From contig CAYTYC010000001.1 in NCBI GenBank assembly GCA_964442255.1, positions 66,526 to 106,707 of the forward strand: DNA of 40,182 nt. The letters are read 5' to 3'. The stretch is from an uncultured archaeon. Lineage in GTDB: Archaea; Iainarchaeota; Iainarchaeia; Iainarchaeales; 1-14-0-10-31-34. Positions 27,321-36,789 of this stretch are shown here, piece after piece. Under the pieces are notes generated by a model. That model was not told where the DNA came from and made no database searches. It saw only the letters and a list, made by a program, of their open reading frames with translations. Within the stretch, counting starts at the first letter, position 1. Each line of letters begins with the position of its first letter. The translations under genes and the position numbers were made by a program.

Positions 27321-28048
27321 ACTTTGCCCCTGAAAAGCCTTTTAACGCCTTTCCGGAGCGCGCTTTCCTTTGCCCCCAAAAAAATGTGCGTCAAAAGCAG
27401 TTTTTTGCATTCCGCTTCCGACGCAATCATCCCGCATTCTTTCGGGGTAAGGTGGCCTGGCTCTTTTCTGCTGTTCGGCTTTGAACACTCAAGCGCAAGC
27501 AAATCCGCATTTTTTCCCATGGAAACAACCCCTTCACACTTTCCAGTGTCCCCGCTTATCGCCAAAGATTTTCCGCCTTTTTCAAGCCTGTAGCCCACGC
27601 TTTTAACCGGATGCCTTGTCGGAAAAACCCTGATTTTAATTCCTTTAAAATTAAGGCTGCCCCCTTTTAACTCCTTAATTTCGCAAATGAACGGAAGTTT
27701 TTTTGAGGGAAGGTGCCTGTCAAGCAAAAGAATTTTTTTCCACAAAAGCCTGAAATAGGCCCTGAATCCTTTCGGGCCCACAAGCAAAAGCTTTTTTTTT
27801 CTCGGCACAACACTGAACGCATAAGCCCAAAGCAGTGCGGGCAGGTCATTCACGTGGTCGTTGTGCAGGTGCGAGAAAAGAATTGCGTCTATTTGAAAAG
27901 GGTTAACCCCCGCCTCCAGCAGCCTGCGAATTGTTCCGGGGCCCGCGTCCACAAGCACAAGCGTTTTTCCCGCCTTCACCAGGTTGCATGCGGGATTGCG
28001 CTTAAGCCTCGGCTCCAAGGTGCCTGAACCCAGAACAGTTAACTCCAT
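27321..28048 (-). CDS. RNase Z-like MBL-fold hydrolase; 3' end in gap
   Basis: LTVLGSG, LVDAGPG, SHLHNDH, ISGDT, LECS, GHLTP, LLLTHI. Confidence 0.85.
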
Positions 28049-28057
28049 GTTAAAACC

Positions 28058-29395
28058 TTAATCCAAATCAAATCCATTGAATTCGCTTCTTTCGTCCAGC
28101 TCCCCGCGCAGGTTTTCGGTAAACAGTTTTTTTGCTTCCTCTTTCCTGTAATTCCCCCGGAGCCAGGCAAGCTTTATGAAGGCTGTTTCGGTTGTCATGT
28201 CCCCCGCAAAAATCACGCCTATTTCGTGGAGGCGCCTGCAGTTCGTGTAAATGAAGGGGTGAACCCTGCCAAAAATGCACTGGGAGGTCAGCACCACAAT
28301 CCCGCCCTTTGAAATGAATTTCTTAAGTGCTTCATAGTTTTTCCTGTTTTCCGGGGTGTTGGTCGGTGCCTGCCCAATGCCTGTGCCCTCCAGCACAAAG
28401 CCCTTGTACTTTTTGTCGGAAAAAAAGCCGAACTGTTCCGGGTTCATGTTGGGGTGGGTTCGGAGAATTCCGGTTTTTTCCTCAAAATTCTTTTTTGAAA
28501 CAACGTCCCTTGAATTGCCCTTCCTTTGGTAATTTTTCCCCAGAAAACTGATTTCCTTTGATTCATGGCTTATTTTTGCAATGGGGGAGGAATTAATTGC
28601 CTTGAACGCGTCCCTCCTGCTTGTGTGCATTTTCCTTGCCTTTGTAGCGGGAAGCACTGCACATGTTTTGTCCGCCGAAGAATCGTGCATGCATAAAGCC
28701 ACGCCCGCAAAATCCGTTTCCTTAATGAAGCGCGCCGCGCACACCAGATTCATTCCCGCGTCGCTGCTTCCCCTGTCAGAGCTTCTCTGCGAGCCCACCA
28801 GAATAACGGGAACAGGGAGTTTTTCAAAAATAAACGCAAGCGCCGCGGAAGTGTAATGCAATGTATCAGTTCCGTGCCCTATTATCACCCCTTCGGCCCC
28901 GTTTTTTATTTCTTTTTCAACCGCGTCCGCAATCTTTTTGTAGTTTTCAAACCGCATGTCCTCTGACATCATTTCGCTGACAAGCCTGCATTTAAAGTTC
29001 GCCACCCCCCTTAATTCGGGAAACATTGCCAGCAAATCCTCGGGGGAGAAGGACGCAATAACCCCGCCTGTGCTGTAATTGACCCTGGAGGCGATTGTTC
29101 CGCCGGTGTGGATTACGGTTATGCGGGGAAGGCCTTTCTGTTCTTCCGCGGATTCGGCGGCAGGTTTTCCGACCTTTTTCCCTTTCCCGAGCCTTTTTAT
29201 TTTCAGTTTTGAATCCGCCTCAACCGCGGCGTTGTACCCTGAGTCTGCCTTGACGTAGATTATTGAGGGGTTTTTTTCTGAAGCCGGAAGAAGGGTGCCC
29301 CGCACTTTTTCCCCTTCCGCCTCAACCTCAACTAAATCGCCTTCGCTCAGGCATTTTTTCCTTAAAAAGTCTTTTGCCTTCATTCCTTTAACCAA
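28058..29395 (-). CDS. gatD: Glu-tRNA(Gln) amidotransferase subunit D
   Basis: HTGGTIASRV, GHGTDT, GSQRSSDRGSSD, RKMHTSRRDAF. Confidence 0.96.
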   Translation of the reverse strand: MVKGMKAKDFLRKKCLSEGDLVEVEAEGEKVRGTLLPASEKNPSIIYVKADSGYNAAVEADSKLKIKRLGKGKKVGKPAAESAEEQKGLPRITVIHTGGTIASRVNYSTGGVIASFSPEDLLAMFPELRGVANFKCRLVSEMMSEDMRFENYKKIADAVEKEIKNGAEGVIIGHGTDTLHYTSAALAFIFEKLPVPVILVGSQRSSDRGSSDAGMNLVCAARFIKETDFAGVALCMHDSSADKTCAVLPATKARKMHTSRRDAFKAINSSPIAKISHESKEISFLGKNYQRKGNSRDVVSKKNFEEKTGILRTHPNMNPEQFGFFSDKKYKGFVLEGTGIGQAPTNTPENRKNYEALKKFISKGGIVVLTSQCIFGRVHPFIYTNCRRLHEIGVIFAGDMTTETAFIKLAWLRGNYRKEEAKKLFTENLRGELDERSEFNGFDLD

Positions 29396-29542
29396 AAGGA
29401 ATCAACTTAATTTAAAGCTAATCTTTCCGGTTTCCCGGGTTTTTGCGTGTTTTGCCGTGCTCTCTGGAACCACCATAGTGAAGCCGCAAGCCCGAAGCCA
29501 GGGCAAGGAATAAATACTGCCGTCCCCCTTTATTTGTGTTGA

Positions 29543-30607
29543 ATGCCTTTTTTTGAAAAGAACAGGAAAGCGGGTTTTTCTTCCCGGAGGCGCTGGGTTC
29601 CCCGCAGGCCAGGGGGCAGCGGAATAGCAAGACCCAAAGTGGAAAGCACGCTTCGCTTTGAAACCTCTGTTTATGCGGCAGCAGAAATAGGCGGTATGCT
29701 TTACGTGGGCGGAAGCAACTGGAACAGAAGAAAAGTGCCTTACTCAAAGAAAATTGCGGAAAAATCAAAAGGAGTCCTGCAAATACTGCGCGGCAGAAAA
29801 GTAGTGGGTTTCAGGGAATTTCCCTCAATGATTTACTCGATTCTTGAACTTCCAAGCAAAAAAACATTTGTGGGATGCAAGTCAGCAAAAGGCACTTTAA
29901 GCATAATGAACAGGCAGAGAAAGATTCTTCTCCAGAAAGACGACCGCCTTGGCGGAGGCGTTTACAACGCAGTATTCAACAGAAAAAGAAACGAAATAAC
30001 CTTAAGCACAAGGGCAGGAAAACTGGAAGTAATCGACGCGGAAAGCCTTGAAACAAAGGCCCAACTCCAGTTAACCAAAGAAGGCACAAGGCTCTGGTCG
30101 CTGAAGGAAAGCGGGGACGGAAAACTTTTTTCCGGCGACTATGACGGAATGCTTTACGCGGTTGACCGAAACAATTTCAGGGAAGACGCGGTTCTAAGGT
30201 TTGACTTTAAGTCCCTTCACACCGGAAGCGAAAGATTGAAAGAAGGCTTTGGCCCCTCGCTTTGGGGAATGGAATCAATAGATGAAAACAGGCTCTTAGT
30301 GGGAAACCGGTGGGGCGACATTGCGGTTGCAGAACCAGACTTTGCAAGAAAGAGGTTCAATGTAAAAATGCTTCGAAACATCGGGGAAGACATAAGCTGC
30401 ATGCAAACACTCTCTGGAAACACTGTGCTTGTTGGAACAAGATACGGAAAAGTTTTCTCCTTTGATTTGTACAGCAGTAGAATGGAAAAACTGATTGAAA
30501 TCCCCCCATCAAAACAGAAAGAAAACGCAATCTGGGGAATGGCTCCAGCAAAAGGCGGAGCCCTTGTCTGCTTCGCAGACGGAAATGTTGCAAAGGTTTC
30601 AATGTAA
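29543..30607 (+). CDS. beta-propeller (WD40-like) orphan with Arg-rich leader
   Basis: Repeating blades LFSGDYDGMLY, LLVGNRWGDI, VLVGTRYGKVF, LVCFADGNV. Confidence 0.75.
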   Translation: MPFFEKNRKAGFSSRRRWVPRRPGGSGIARPKVESTLRFETSVYAAAEIGGMLYVGGSNWNRRKVPYSKKIAEKSKGVLQILRGRKVVGFREFPSMIYSILELPSKKTFVGCKSAKGTLSIMNRQRKILLQKDDRLGGGVYNAVFNRKRNEITLSTRAGKLEVIDAESLETKAQLQLTKEGTRLWSLKESGDGKLFSGDYDGMLYAVDRNNFREDAVLRFDFKSLHTGSERLKEGFGPSLWGMESIDENRLLVGNRWGDIAVAEPDFARKRFNVKMLRNIGEDISCMQTLSGNTVLVGTRYGKVFSFDLYSSRMEKLIEIPPSKQKENAIWGMAPAKGGALVCFADGNVAKVSM

Positions 30608-30693
30608 GCCAAGGCAAAATAATTAGCAGTGAATAACCGTTTTTGCGGGTATTGTACCAAAATTCACTTAAACATGGAAAAAAAACATACAGT

Positions 30694-31170
30694 ATGCTTT
30701 TGGGGCATCCAATTGTTGCTTGGACTTTGTTGGGCTTTGGTTTTGGTTTGCCGGGTTTCACGTATTTTTGGGGTTTTCCCGCGCTTTTAGTTTTGGTTTT
30801 AGGTTTTTCTCTTCTGCCTTTTGGATTCATTCACAAGTTTTTTGGGGTTACCGGGGCTTTAGAGTTATGTGATTCCCGGTTTGAGTGCGCTACCGCTGTT
30901 TCAATAGGCTTTTACACTGCCCCGTATCTGGCTGTTCCTGGCTTCATTATCGGGGTTTTTGTTTGGCTTCATCGTTCCGGGAAATCCCTTAAAAGAGCCG
31001 CAGTAGTTTTGTACGTGGCTTTGCTTGCCTTGAGTTTGTTTTCTTATTCTTTGTTTGGAGCACAGCAACCGTTTCACCCGCTGTTTCTTTTCACGCCTTT
31101 AATTTTAGTTGCCGTGGCTTTAATTGGTTCAAGGTGCGAAGAAATAATTGCGGGCTTGGTAAATGATTAA
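30694..31170 (+). CDS. multi-pass membrane orphan
   Basis: About 5 hydrophobic segments; start uncertain because an upstream ATG at 30674 is out of frame across an A8 run. Confidence 0.55.
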   Translation: MLLGHPIVAWTLLGFGFGLPGFTYFWGFPALLVLVLGFSLLPFGFIHKFFGVTGALELCDSRFECATAVSIGFYTAPYLAVPGFIIGVFVWLHRSGKSLKRAAVVLYVALLALSLFSYSLFGAQQPFHPLFLFTPLILVAVALIGSRCEEIIAGLVND

Positions 31171-31313
31171 TAAAACAACATTTTGTTTTCAAGTGAATTT
31201 CCTTTTTCTTTTCCTGATTCTGAATTCTGGCTTGTTTGTTTTCATTCCCCTTTTTTTAAGGAATTCGTAGACTTTGCGTATGCTTGAAAAGTTTTGCGTC
31301 AGGATTTCCTGCA

Positions 31314-31832
31314 TTAACGCGTTTCTTTGCCTGGCGTTTGGAAAGGAGCCAAAAACCTTGCGGCAACCCACCTTCCATCCTTTGCCCCGCTTATTCCCTT
31401 GCTTGCCTGGTTTTCTGCAATTATTTGAGAGTATTTTTCTTTTTCGAAGCGTTTGCAGTACTCGAATTCAGAGGTTCGCGCAAAAAACTCGGTTAACTGA
31501 AGTTTTTCACGCCCATTGTTGGTTAACAGGCTTTTCAGGGGACGGATTCTTTGTGGGCCGCTTTTTTGTTCGTGTGCTGCGTGCCCCAACTCGTGTGCAA
31601 CCGTTGTTTTCCCCGGGTTTTTAGGGTTAATTAAAATCATTGTTTTTGTTTTACTGCCTTTTTCCATGGAAATGGTTTCCCCTTTTGGAGTTGACCCAAA
31701 AGGAGTTGCTGTCCTAAAATTGTCTGCCGTTTTTTCGCTTTGCGTAATTCTTGCCCTGACTGGAATGCCCCACATTCTTGACAATTGCCTTCCCCAGCTT
31801 GCTTTCATTCGGCGAACGGGTTTAACTGCCAT
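31314..31832 (-). CDS. basic orphan with HExxH zinc-metallopeptidase motif
   Basis: ILIN...TTVAHELGHAAHE...LTEFFA. Confidence 0.65.
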   Translation of the reverse strand: MAVKPVRRMKASWGRQLSRMWGIPVRARITQSEKTADNFRTATPFGSTPKGETISMEKGSKTKTMILINPKNPGKTTVAHELGHAAHEQKSGPQRIRPLKSLLTNNGREKLQLTEFFARTSEFEYCKRFEKEKYSQIIAENQASKGISGAKDGRWVAARFLAPFQTPGKETR

Positions 31833-31911
31833 AACACGCAATAGGGTTCATTGTCATTAAACTATTTTTCGTTTCCTTTAACCCGTGTGTGGCTGGAAAA
31901 AATAGTTTTTT

Positions 31912-32181
31912 TTAGATCGAGATTGTCAGCAGTCCTTCTACTTGGAATATGCCTTCATTTGTTAGATGGAGCCTGTTTTCTTCTTCTTTAACGAGTTTAA
32001 CGTCTTCCAGGTCTTTTAATCCTTGGAGCGCTTCTTTTCCAAATTTTTTTGCTATGTCTTCTTTGGTGGTTTTCGGGTTATATTTAGCCAGATACAGAAG
32101 CAGGTCTATGTTTTTGTTTTCCAAAATAATGTTTTTGAGTTTTATTGCGTCACTGTAGACTCTTTTCAGTTCTTCACTCAT
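31912..32181 (-). CDS. small winged-helix protein
   Basis: LLLYLAKYNPKTTKEDIAKKF...LEDVKLV...LHLTNEG. Confidence 0.7.
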   Translation of the reverse strand: MSEELKRVYSDAIKLKNIILENKNIDLLLYLAKYNPKTTKEDIAKKFGKEALQGLKDLEDVKLVKEEENRLHLTNEGIFQVEGLLTISI

Positions 32182-32226
32182 TTTCCTGCACCCACATTCA
32201 TTTGAGGTTTAATCTTTTATATTAAT

Positions 32227-32883
32227 TTATCGTTTTTCCCCCAGCCTTTTACGCCACGGAACGTAATCCAGCCTTTTTAGGCCTTTTCCTTTTTTTGACT
32301 GGTATTCAATTATGTCTGCCAGCCTGTGAATTCTGAGCCGGGCGTACGTTAAAATTTTGTCAATCAATTCCCCTTTCCTATAAACCACTATGGTTGGAAA
32401 ACTTTTAATATATTGGCTTGGGTCGCCTTTAAGCTTGTTGAATTTTGGTTCTTCTATGAAGAAAAGCGTTTTGCCGTGGAATACGTAGTTTTCTGTCAAA
32501 TAATTTTGTTCTGTTATTGTTCCTGCGCCTTCCCCGTCAATGAAAACTATTAGCTGGTGTGTTATGCAGCAGGTTTCCAGAATCTGAATTTGGCTTAAGC
32601 GGCCTGCCTTTTTCAAGTCATAATAAGTGTCTATTGTTTCAGCGTACAACCCTTTTTTTAGCAAAGCATTTTTTATGTCGTTCAACCGTTTTCTTTGTTC
32701 TCCGGTGTGCCAGTCCCCAAGGACAAGAATTTTCAGGCCCCGTAAAAGCAAAAAGTAGTCGCTTTCCCGTTTCTGCAACTGCCTGCGAATGCCATTCCTC
32801 ATTTTCTTAAAATCAGGGGAATCATATTCTGGAATAATTTTCTCCAGTTTTTCTTTCACTTCACTAAAATAGTCTTCCGCCAC
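32227..32883 (-). CDS. hypothetical protein, possible nucleoside-deoxyribosyltransferase/TIR-like fold
   Basis: ILVLG...IKNALLKKG...LIVFIDGEGAGTITEQNYL...KTLFF. Confidence 0.55.
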   Translation of the reverse strand: MAEDYFSEVKEKLEKIIPEYDSPDFKKMRNGIRRQLQKRESDYFLLLRGLKILVLGDWHTGEQRKRLNDIKNALLKKGLYAETIDTYYDLKKAGRLSQIQILETCCITHQLIVFIDGEGAGTITEQNYLTENYVFHGKTLFFIEEPKFNKLKGDPSQYIKSFPTIVVYRKGELIDKILTYARLRIHRLADIIEYQSKKGKGLKRLDYVPWRKRLGEKR

Positions 32884-33006
32884 TTACTCTCACACGGCAA
32901 ATTGTCTTCATAAATCATTTAATGCTTATCTTTTCCTTTAACCCATGTTTCCATGAACCTGTTGAATTGCTGCAAAGCAAAGCCTTTCCATTCCTTTGCT
33001 TTTTTT

Positions 33007-33738
33007 TCATCCGCTTTCGGCAGGTCCTTTCAGTTTAAAGCTGACCCTTTCCCTTTCCCTGCCCTTGTTTTCCCTTTTAACGAACTCAATGTGCCCTATT
33101 TCCTTCGTGTTTTTCACGTGCGTTCCCCCGCACGGGCACCTGTCCGCGCCAACAATCTCCACAAGCCTTATTTCCTTTATCGCCTCCGGAAGCCTGTCAA
33201 ACAGCACTCTTCTTTTTTCGTCCACGGACTTCAAAGCGTTTTCTCTTGACGTGAATTCAATCTTTATTTCCCTTCCCCCGTCCACTATCTTATCAAACTC
33301 TTTTTTTGCCTCCTCCAGCATTTTCTGCGAGAATTTAATGGGGGCAAAATCCATCCTGCTCTGCTCAGCGTGAATCTGGTTTCCAACCGTGGAGGCATTC
33401 CACTTGTCCAATACAATGGAGGAAAGCAGGTGCTGCGCGGAATGCATGCGCATTTCCCTGTATCTTTTTTCCCAGTCCAGTTTCAGCTTAACTTCGGTTC
33501 CGGCCGCGGGAACTCCGCCTTCCAGTTCGTGCAAAACCCTCCCCGGGGATTTCCTGACAAACTTAACCCTTGATTTGGAGGAGTTCCATTCAATTGTTCC
33601 ACTATCTGACTCCTGCCCCCCGCCTTCGGGGTAAAAAATGGTTTTGTCCAGCTCAACGCCGTTCCCTTCAGCCGCCGTGACCTTTGCCTCCAATTCTTTC
33701 GCGTAGCAGTCCTTTAAGTACACTAATTCTGTTGCCAT
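33007..33738 (-). CDS. alaX: AlaX-type alanyl-tRNA editing protein
   Basis: TIFYPEGGGQESD, MRMHSAQHLL (HxxxH), CGGTHV (CxxxH). Confidence 0.93.
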   Translation of the reverse strand: MATELVYLKDCYAKELEAKVTAAEGNGVELDKTIFYPEGGGQESDSGTIEWNSSKSRVKFVRKSPGRVLHELEGGVPAAGTEVKLKLDWEKRYREMRMHSAQHLLSSIVLDKWNASTVGNQIHAEQSRMDFAPIKFSQKMLEEAKKEFDKIVDGGREIKIEFTSRENALKSVDEKRRVLFDRLPEAIKEIRLVEIVGADRCPCGGTHVKNTKEIGHIEFVKRENKGRERERVSFKLKGPAESG

Positions 33739-33858
33739 TGGAAAAAGCTTAAATCCCGAAAACCTTTAATTAGTTGCCCCCGGCAGTGAGTATCTTTTTT
33801 ATATTAAGTATCCTGCTTGCAGTTACCTTTAAAATAGTTAGGTTTCAGGTTGTATATT

Positions 33859-34218
33859 ATGGACCGAAAATGCCCGATTTACCGGGTTGCCGGTTTTCTC
33901 GGAAAGCAGTGGACACTGCTGATACTCATTGAATTATACAAGGGAAAACCCAAATGGAAGAGGTTCACCCGCCTGAAGGAAAAGGTTCCGGGCATCACGC
34001 CAAAAATCCTTTCCGCAAGGCTGAAGGAGTTGGTCAGGCAGGGAATGGTGAAAAAAAGGGTTGACGCCAAAACATTTCCCGTTAAATCCAGGTATTCCCT
34101 CACGGAGTGCGGGGAAGACTTCATTGCGGTCATAAAGAAAATGCGCTCCTGGGCCCTTAAATGGAAAGTGAAAAACGAGTACTGTGAAACAGTGAACTGC
34201 AGGTACTGCAAGATGTGA
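33859..34218 (+). CDS. HxlR family transcriptional regulator
   Basis: CP..LGKQWTLLIL, RF..L, GITPKILSARLKEL, YSLTECG. Confidence 0.9.
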   Translation: MDRKCPIYRVAGFLGKQWTLLILIELYKGKPKWKRFTRLKEKVPGITPKILSARLKELVRQGMVKKRVDAKTFPVKSRYSLTECGEDFIAVIKKMRSWALKWKVKNEYCETVNCRYCKM

Positions 34219-34276
34219 AGCCGATGGTTTTTTTTGGGCTGCTGCGAAACCGCGGACGCGGGCAGGAAGTGAAACC

Positions 34277-34963
34277 ATGAGGCTTGCCGCGCTTTTTTCC
34301 GGGGGAAAGGACTCAACGTTTGCGGTTTACATGGCGCTTAAGGAAGGCCATTCCGTGGAAGTTTTGCTTTCAATGAAGCCAAAAAGCGCGGAGTCCTTTA
34401 TGTTCCATTACCCGAACGTTTCGCTTACGGAACTGCAGGCCGGGGCGATGGAAATTCCTTTGCATTCACGGGAAACATTGGGCGTAAAGGAAGAAGAGCT
34501 TGAAGACCTTAAAACCGCGTTAAAGGAATTAAAAAAAGAAAAAGGAATTGAAGGCGTTGTCTCCGGGGCACTGGCGTCCAATTACCAGAAAAAAAGGATT
34601 GATTCCCTGTGTGCAGGGCTTGGATTGAAAAGCTTTGCCCCGCTTTGGGGAAAAAACCAGAAAGCTTTTCTGAAAGAGCTTCTGGAAAAAAATTTTGAAG
34701 TGTTAATTGTTGCTGTCGCCGCAAAAGGCCTGGGCGAAGAGTGGTTGGGAAGAAGGCTGGACGAAAAAGCCGTGCATGAGCTGGCTGAACTGGAAGAAAA
34801 ATTCCAGTTAAATCCGGCAGGCGAAGGAGGGGAATTTGAGTCTCTTGTAATTGACTGCCCTTTATTCAAAAAGAAACTCAAAATCATTGAAGCCGAAAAA
34901 AGCTGGACCGGGGCAGGCGGGGAATACAAAATAAAAAAGGCGGAGCTTGAGGAAAAGGGTTAA
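34277..34963 (+). CDS. diphthine--ammonia ligase-like PP-loop ATPase (Dph6/MJ0570 family)
   Basis: SGGKDS, SFMFH, GALASNYQ, PLW, GEGGEFES. Confidence 0.9.
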   Translation: MRLAALFSGGKDSTFAVYMALKEGHSVEVLLSMKPKSAESFMFHYPNVSLTELQAGAMEIPLHSRETLGVKEEELEDLKTALKELKKEKGIEGVVSGALASNYQKKRIDSLCAGLGLKSFAPLWGKNQKAFLKELLEKNFEVLIVAVAAKGLGEEWLGRRLDEKAVHELAELEEKFQLNPAGEGGEFESLVIDCPLFKKKLKIIEAEKSWTGAGGEYKIKKAELEEKG

Positions 34964-36549
34964 GCTGGTTGGGAACATTCAAATCTTGGGTCGTCAAATT
35001 TATTTGGGTCACAGCTATAAGCGCTTGGAGTAAATTCCGCTTTTTGGTATGTTTCTTCACTGAAGTGGCAGAACGGATTTGATCCCTGGTCCTTCAATAA
35101 GTTTGGGGACTCATATACTTTGAAGTCTAAGTGTGATCCCCCGCTCTTCCCTGTGTTTCCGCTTTCGCCGATTTTTTCCCTTTTTCCCACTTCTTTTTCC
35201 TCATAGACGTGGATTTCGCTTAAATGGCTGTACCTTGTGAAAAGGTTTTCATTGTGCTTCAGTATGATGTAATTTCCGTATCCCCTGCAGTCCTCCCTTT
35301 CATTGAAGCAGGTTTCTTTTACAGTTCCTTCTTCCGCTGCGAACACTGAGCTTCCAACAGCAACAGCAATATCTATGCCGTCATGGAAATCGTCTTTTCC
35401 GTCCAGTTCCCGCATTCCAAAGCAGGAGGAAACCCGGTAAAGAGTTGTTGGCCACGCAAGATATTCGTTTTCTTCGGGCTCTTCAACAGGAGGCCAAACA
35501 GGGGGTTCCACCGGGGGCTCTTCAGGCGGATGTTCCGGAGGTTCCTCAGGAAGTTCGTCTGGCGGCTGAATTGTTCCTCCGCAGTCCTTGCCTTCGTTGC
35601 TGAAATACTCAAACGCATAGTCCTTTGAGGAAGCCTCAAACTCTTTTTCAGGGAGTTTTTTCTCCCATGCACTGCTGCATTCAAAGCCGAAAGAACAGCC
35701 CTCGCAGAAATATTTCCTGAAGCACATCCCTTCCCTTACACTACTCAAGTAAGCGGTTTCCTCCTCTTCTGTCGCCTCGCATAACGATTCCCCAGAGTTT
35801 ATTACCTCCAAATCCCGTTCAACTTCCGCAAACCCTGACTCAATGCCTTCAACCCTCGCCTTGATTGAATAACTGTCCTCTTCCTCCAATTCAAAATTGT
35901 ACTGGAAATGCTTTTTCTCCCGCGGCTCAATAACTTTAATGTATTCCCATTCGTCGCCCCACACCGCCTTTTTTTCTTCCCCCGCATCCCAATACTTCCT
36001 GTAAAGCTTAACGGAAACCCCCCACTCTATTCCGTCCATTTCTCCCGTGTTCAAGACATCAAACTTTACGGTTGCGGAAGTGCCTTCAGCCAAATCCAGT
36101 TCAGAAGGAATGGAAACATTTTCCAGTTCAGCCTGCGCCGGCGGCAACCCAAAGAAGACGCTGCAAAGAATGACCCCTGCTTTCTCTTCACAGCGGGCGT
36201 AAGCCTTCAGCCTTCTTGTTTCATTAAACTTCACGTACTCCCTTTCCCATTCCACCGCCTTTTCGCATTTCTCGCCTTCAGGGCAGCAAAGCCCGGGAAT
36301 GTTGCAGCGAAAATCCACAAGACGCTTTCTTGCATTGAATGTTTTCGCGGGAATGCTTTCCCCGCTTTGCAGAAGCATTTCCCGTGTCTCAAAAAACTGT
36401 CCCTGCAGGCTTTCCGCCTTTGAAAGCTTTAGCTTCAGCTCGTCCACAGAGTCAACTTCCTGGGGAAAAAAGCCAAAAAGCAACAGAATAACAGAGATAA
36501 GGGCAACTGAAAAAACCGCGTAAACCAGGAGCTTGAAAGGCGAAAACAC
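34960..36549 (-). CDS. membrane-anchored M23 family peptidase with Ig/CARDB-like domain and Pro/Glu linker
   Basis: N-terminal TM segment; HDGID (HxxxD), GYGNYIIL, YSHL, GNTGKS, HLDF. Confidence 0.85.
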   Translation of the reverse strand: MFSPFKLLVYAVFSVALISVILLLFGFFPQEVDSVDELKLKLSKAESLQGQFFETREMLLQSGESIPAKTFNARKRLVDFRCNIPGLCCPEGEKCEKAVEWEREYVKFNETRRLKAYARCEEKAGVILCSVFFGLPPAQAELENVSIPSELDLAEGTSATVKFDVLNTGEMDGIEWGVSVKLYRKYWDAGEEKKAVWGDEWEYIKVIEPREKKHFQYNFELEEEDSYSIKARVEGIESGFAEVERDLEVINSGESLCEATEEEETAYLSSVREGMCFRKYFCEGCSFGFECSSAWEKKLPEKEFEASSKDYAFEYFSNEGKDCGGTIQPPDELPEEPPEHPPEEPPVEPPVWPPVEEPEENEYLAWPTTLYRVSSCFGMRELDGKDDFHDGIDIAVAVGSSVFAAEEGTVKETCFNEREDCRGYGNYIILKHNENLFTRYSHLSEIHVYEEKEVGKREKIGESGNTGKSGGSHLDFKVYESPNLLKDQGSNPFCHFSEETYQKAEFTPSAYSCDPNKFDDPRFECSQPA

Positions 36550-36789
36550 TTAACGCCACCTCGGAAACCCGGCTTCCGCGCGGTAAAACCATTTAAGCAG
36601 CCAGCGCAAAATAAAACCAACCCCGAAAATGAATCCGTACAGCAATGCCGCGTCAAGGAGGTTTCCCTTAAGCAGGAGAACGTCCCTGAAGTAGCCGACC
36701 CTTTCCCCGAACGCAATTGAAGCATAGGCGACAACCAAAATCAATGCGATAAAAACGGCTGCCTTGACCGAAAACCCTGTCCTGCTCAT
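36550..36789 (-). CDS. small two-TM membrane protein
   Basis: Overlaps the lig stop (ATGA) and abuts the M23 gene; two hydrophobic segments. Confidence 0.65.
   Translation of the reverse strand: MSRTGFSVKAAVFIALILVVAYASIAFGERVGYFRDVLLLKGNLLDAALLYGFIFGVGFILRWLLKWFYRAEAGFPRWR

Noticed and set aside
27077..28048. Single 323-aa RNase Z fusion protein
   Set aside because: The ORF is joined only through 100 placeholder Ns; the two sides look like different genes.
36550..36789. Class III (pilin) signal peptide in MSRTGFSVK
   Set aside because: The residue before Gly is Thr and a Lys interrupts the hydrophobic start; the match is too weak.
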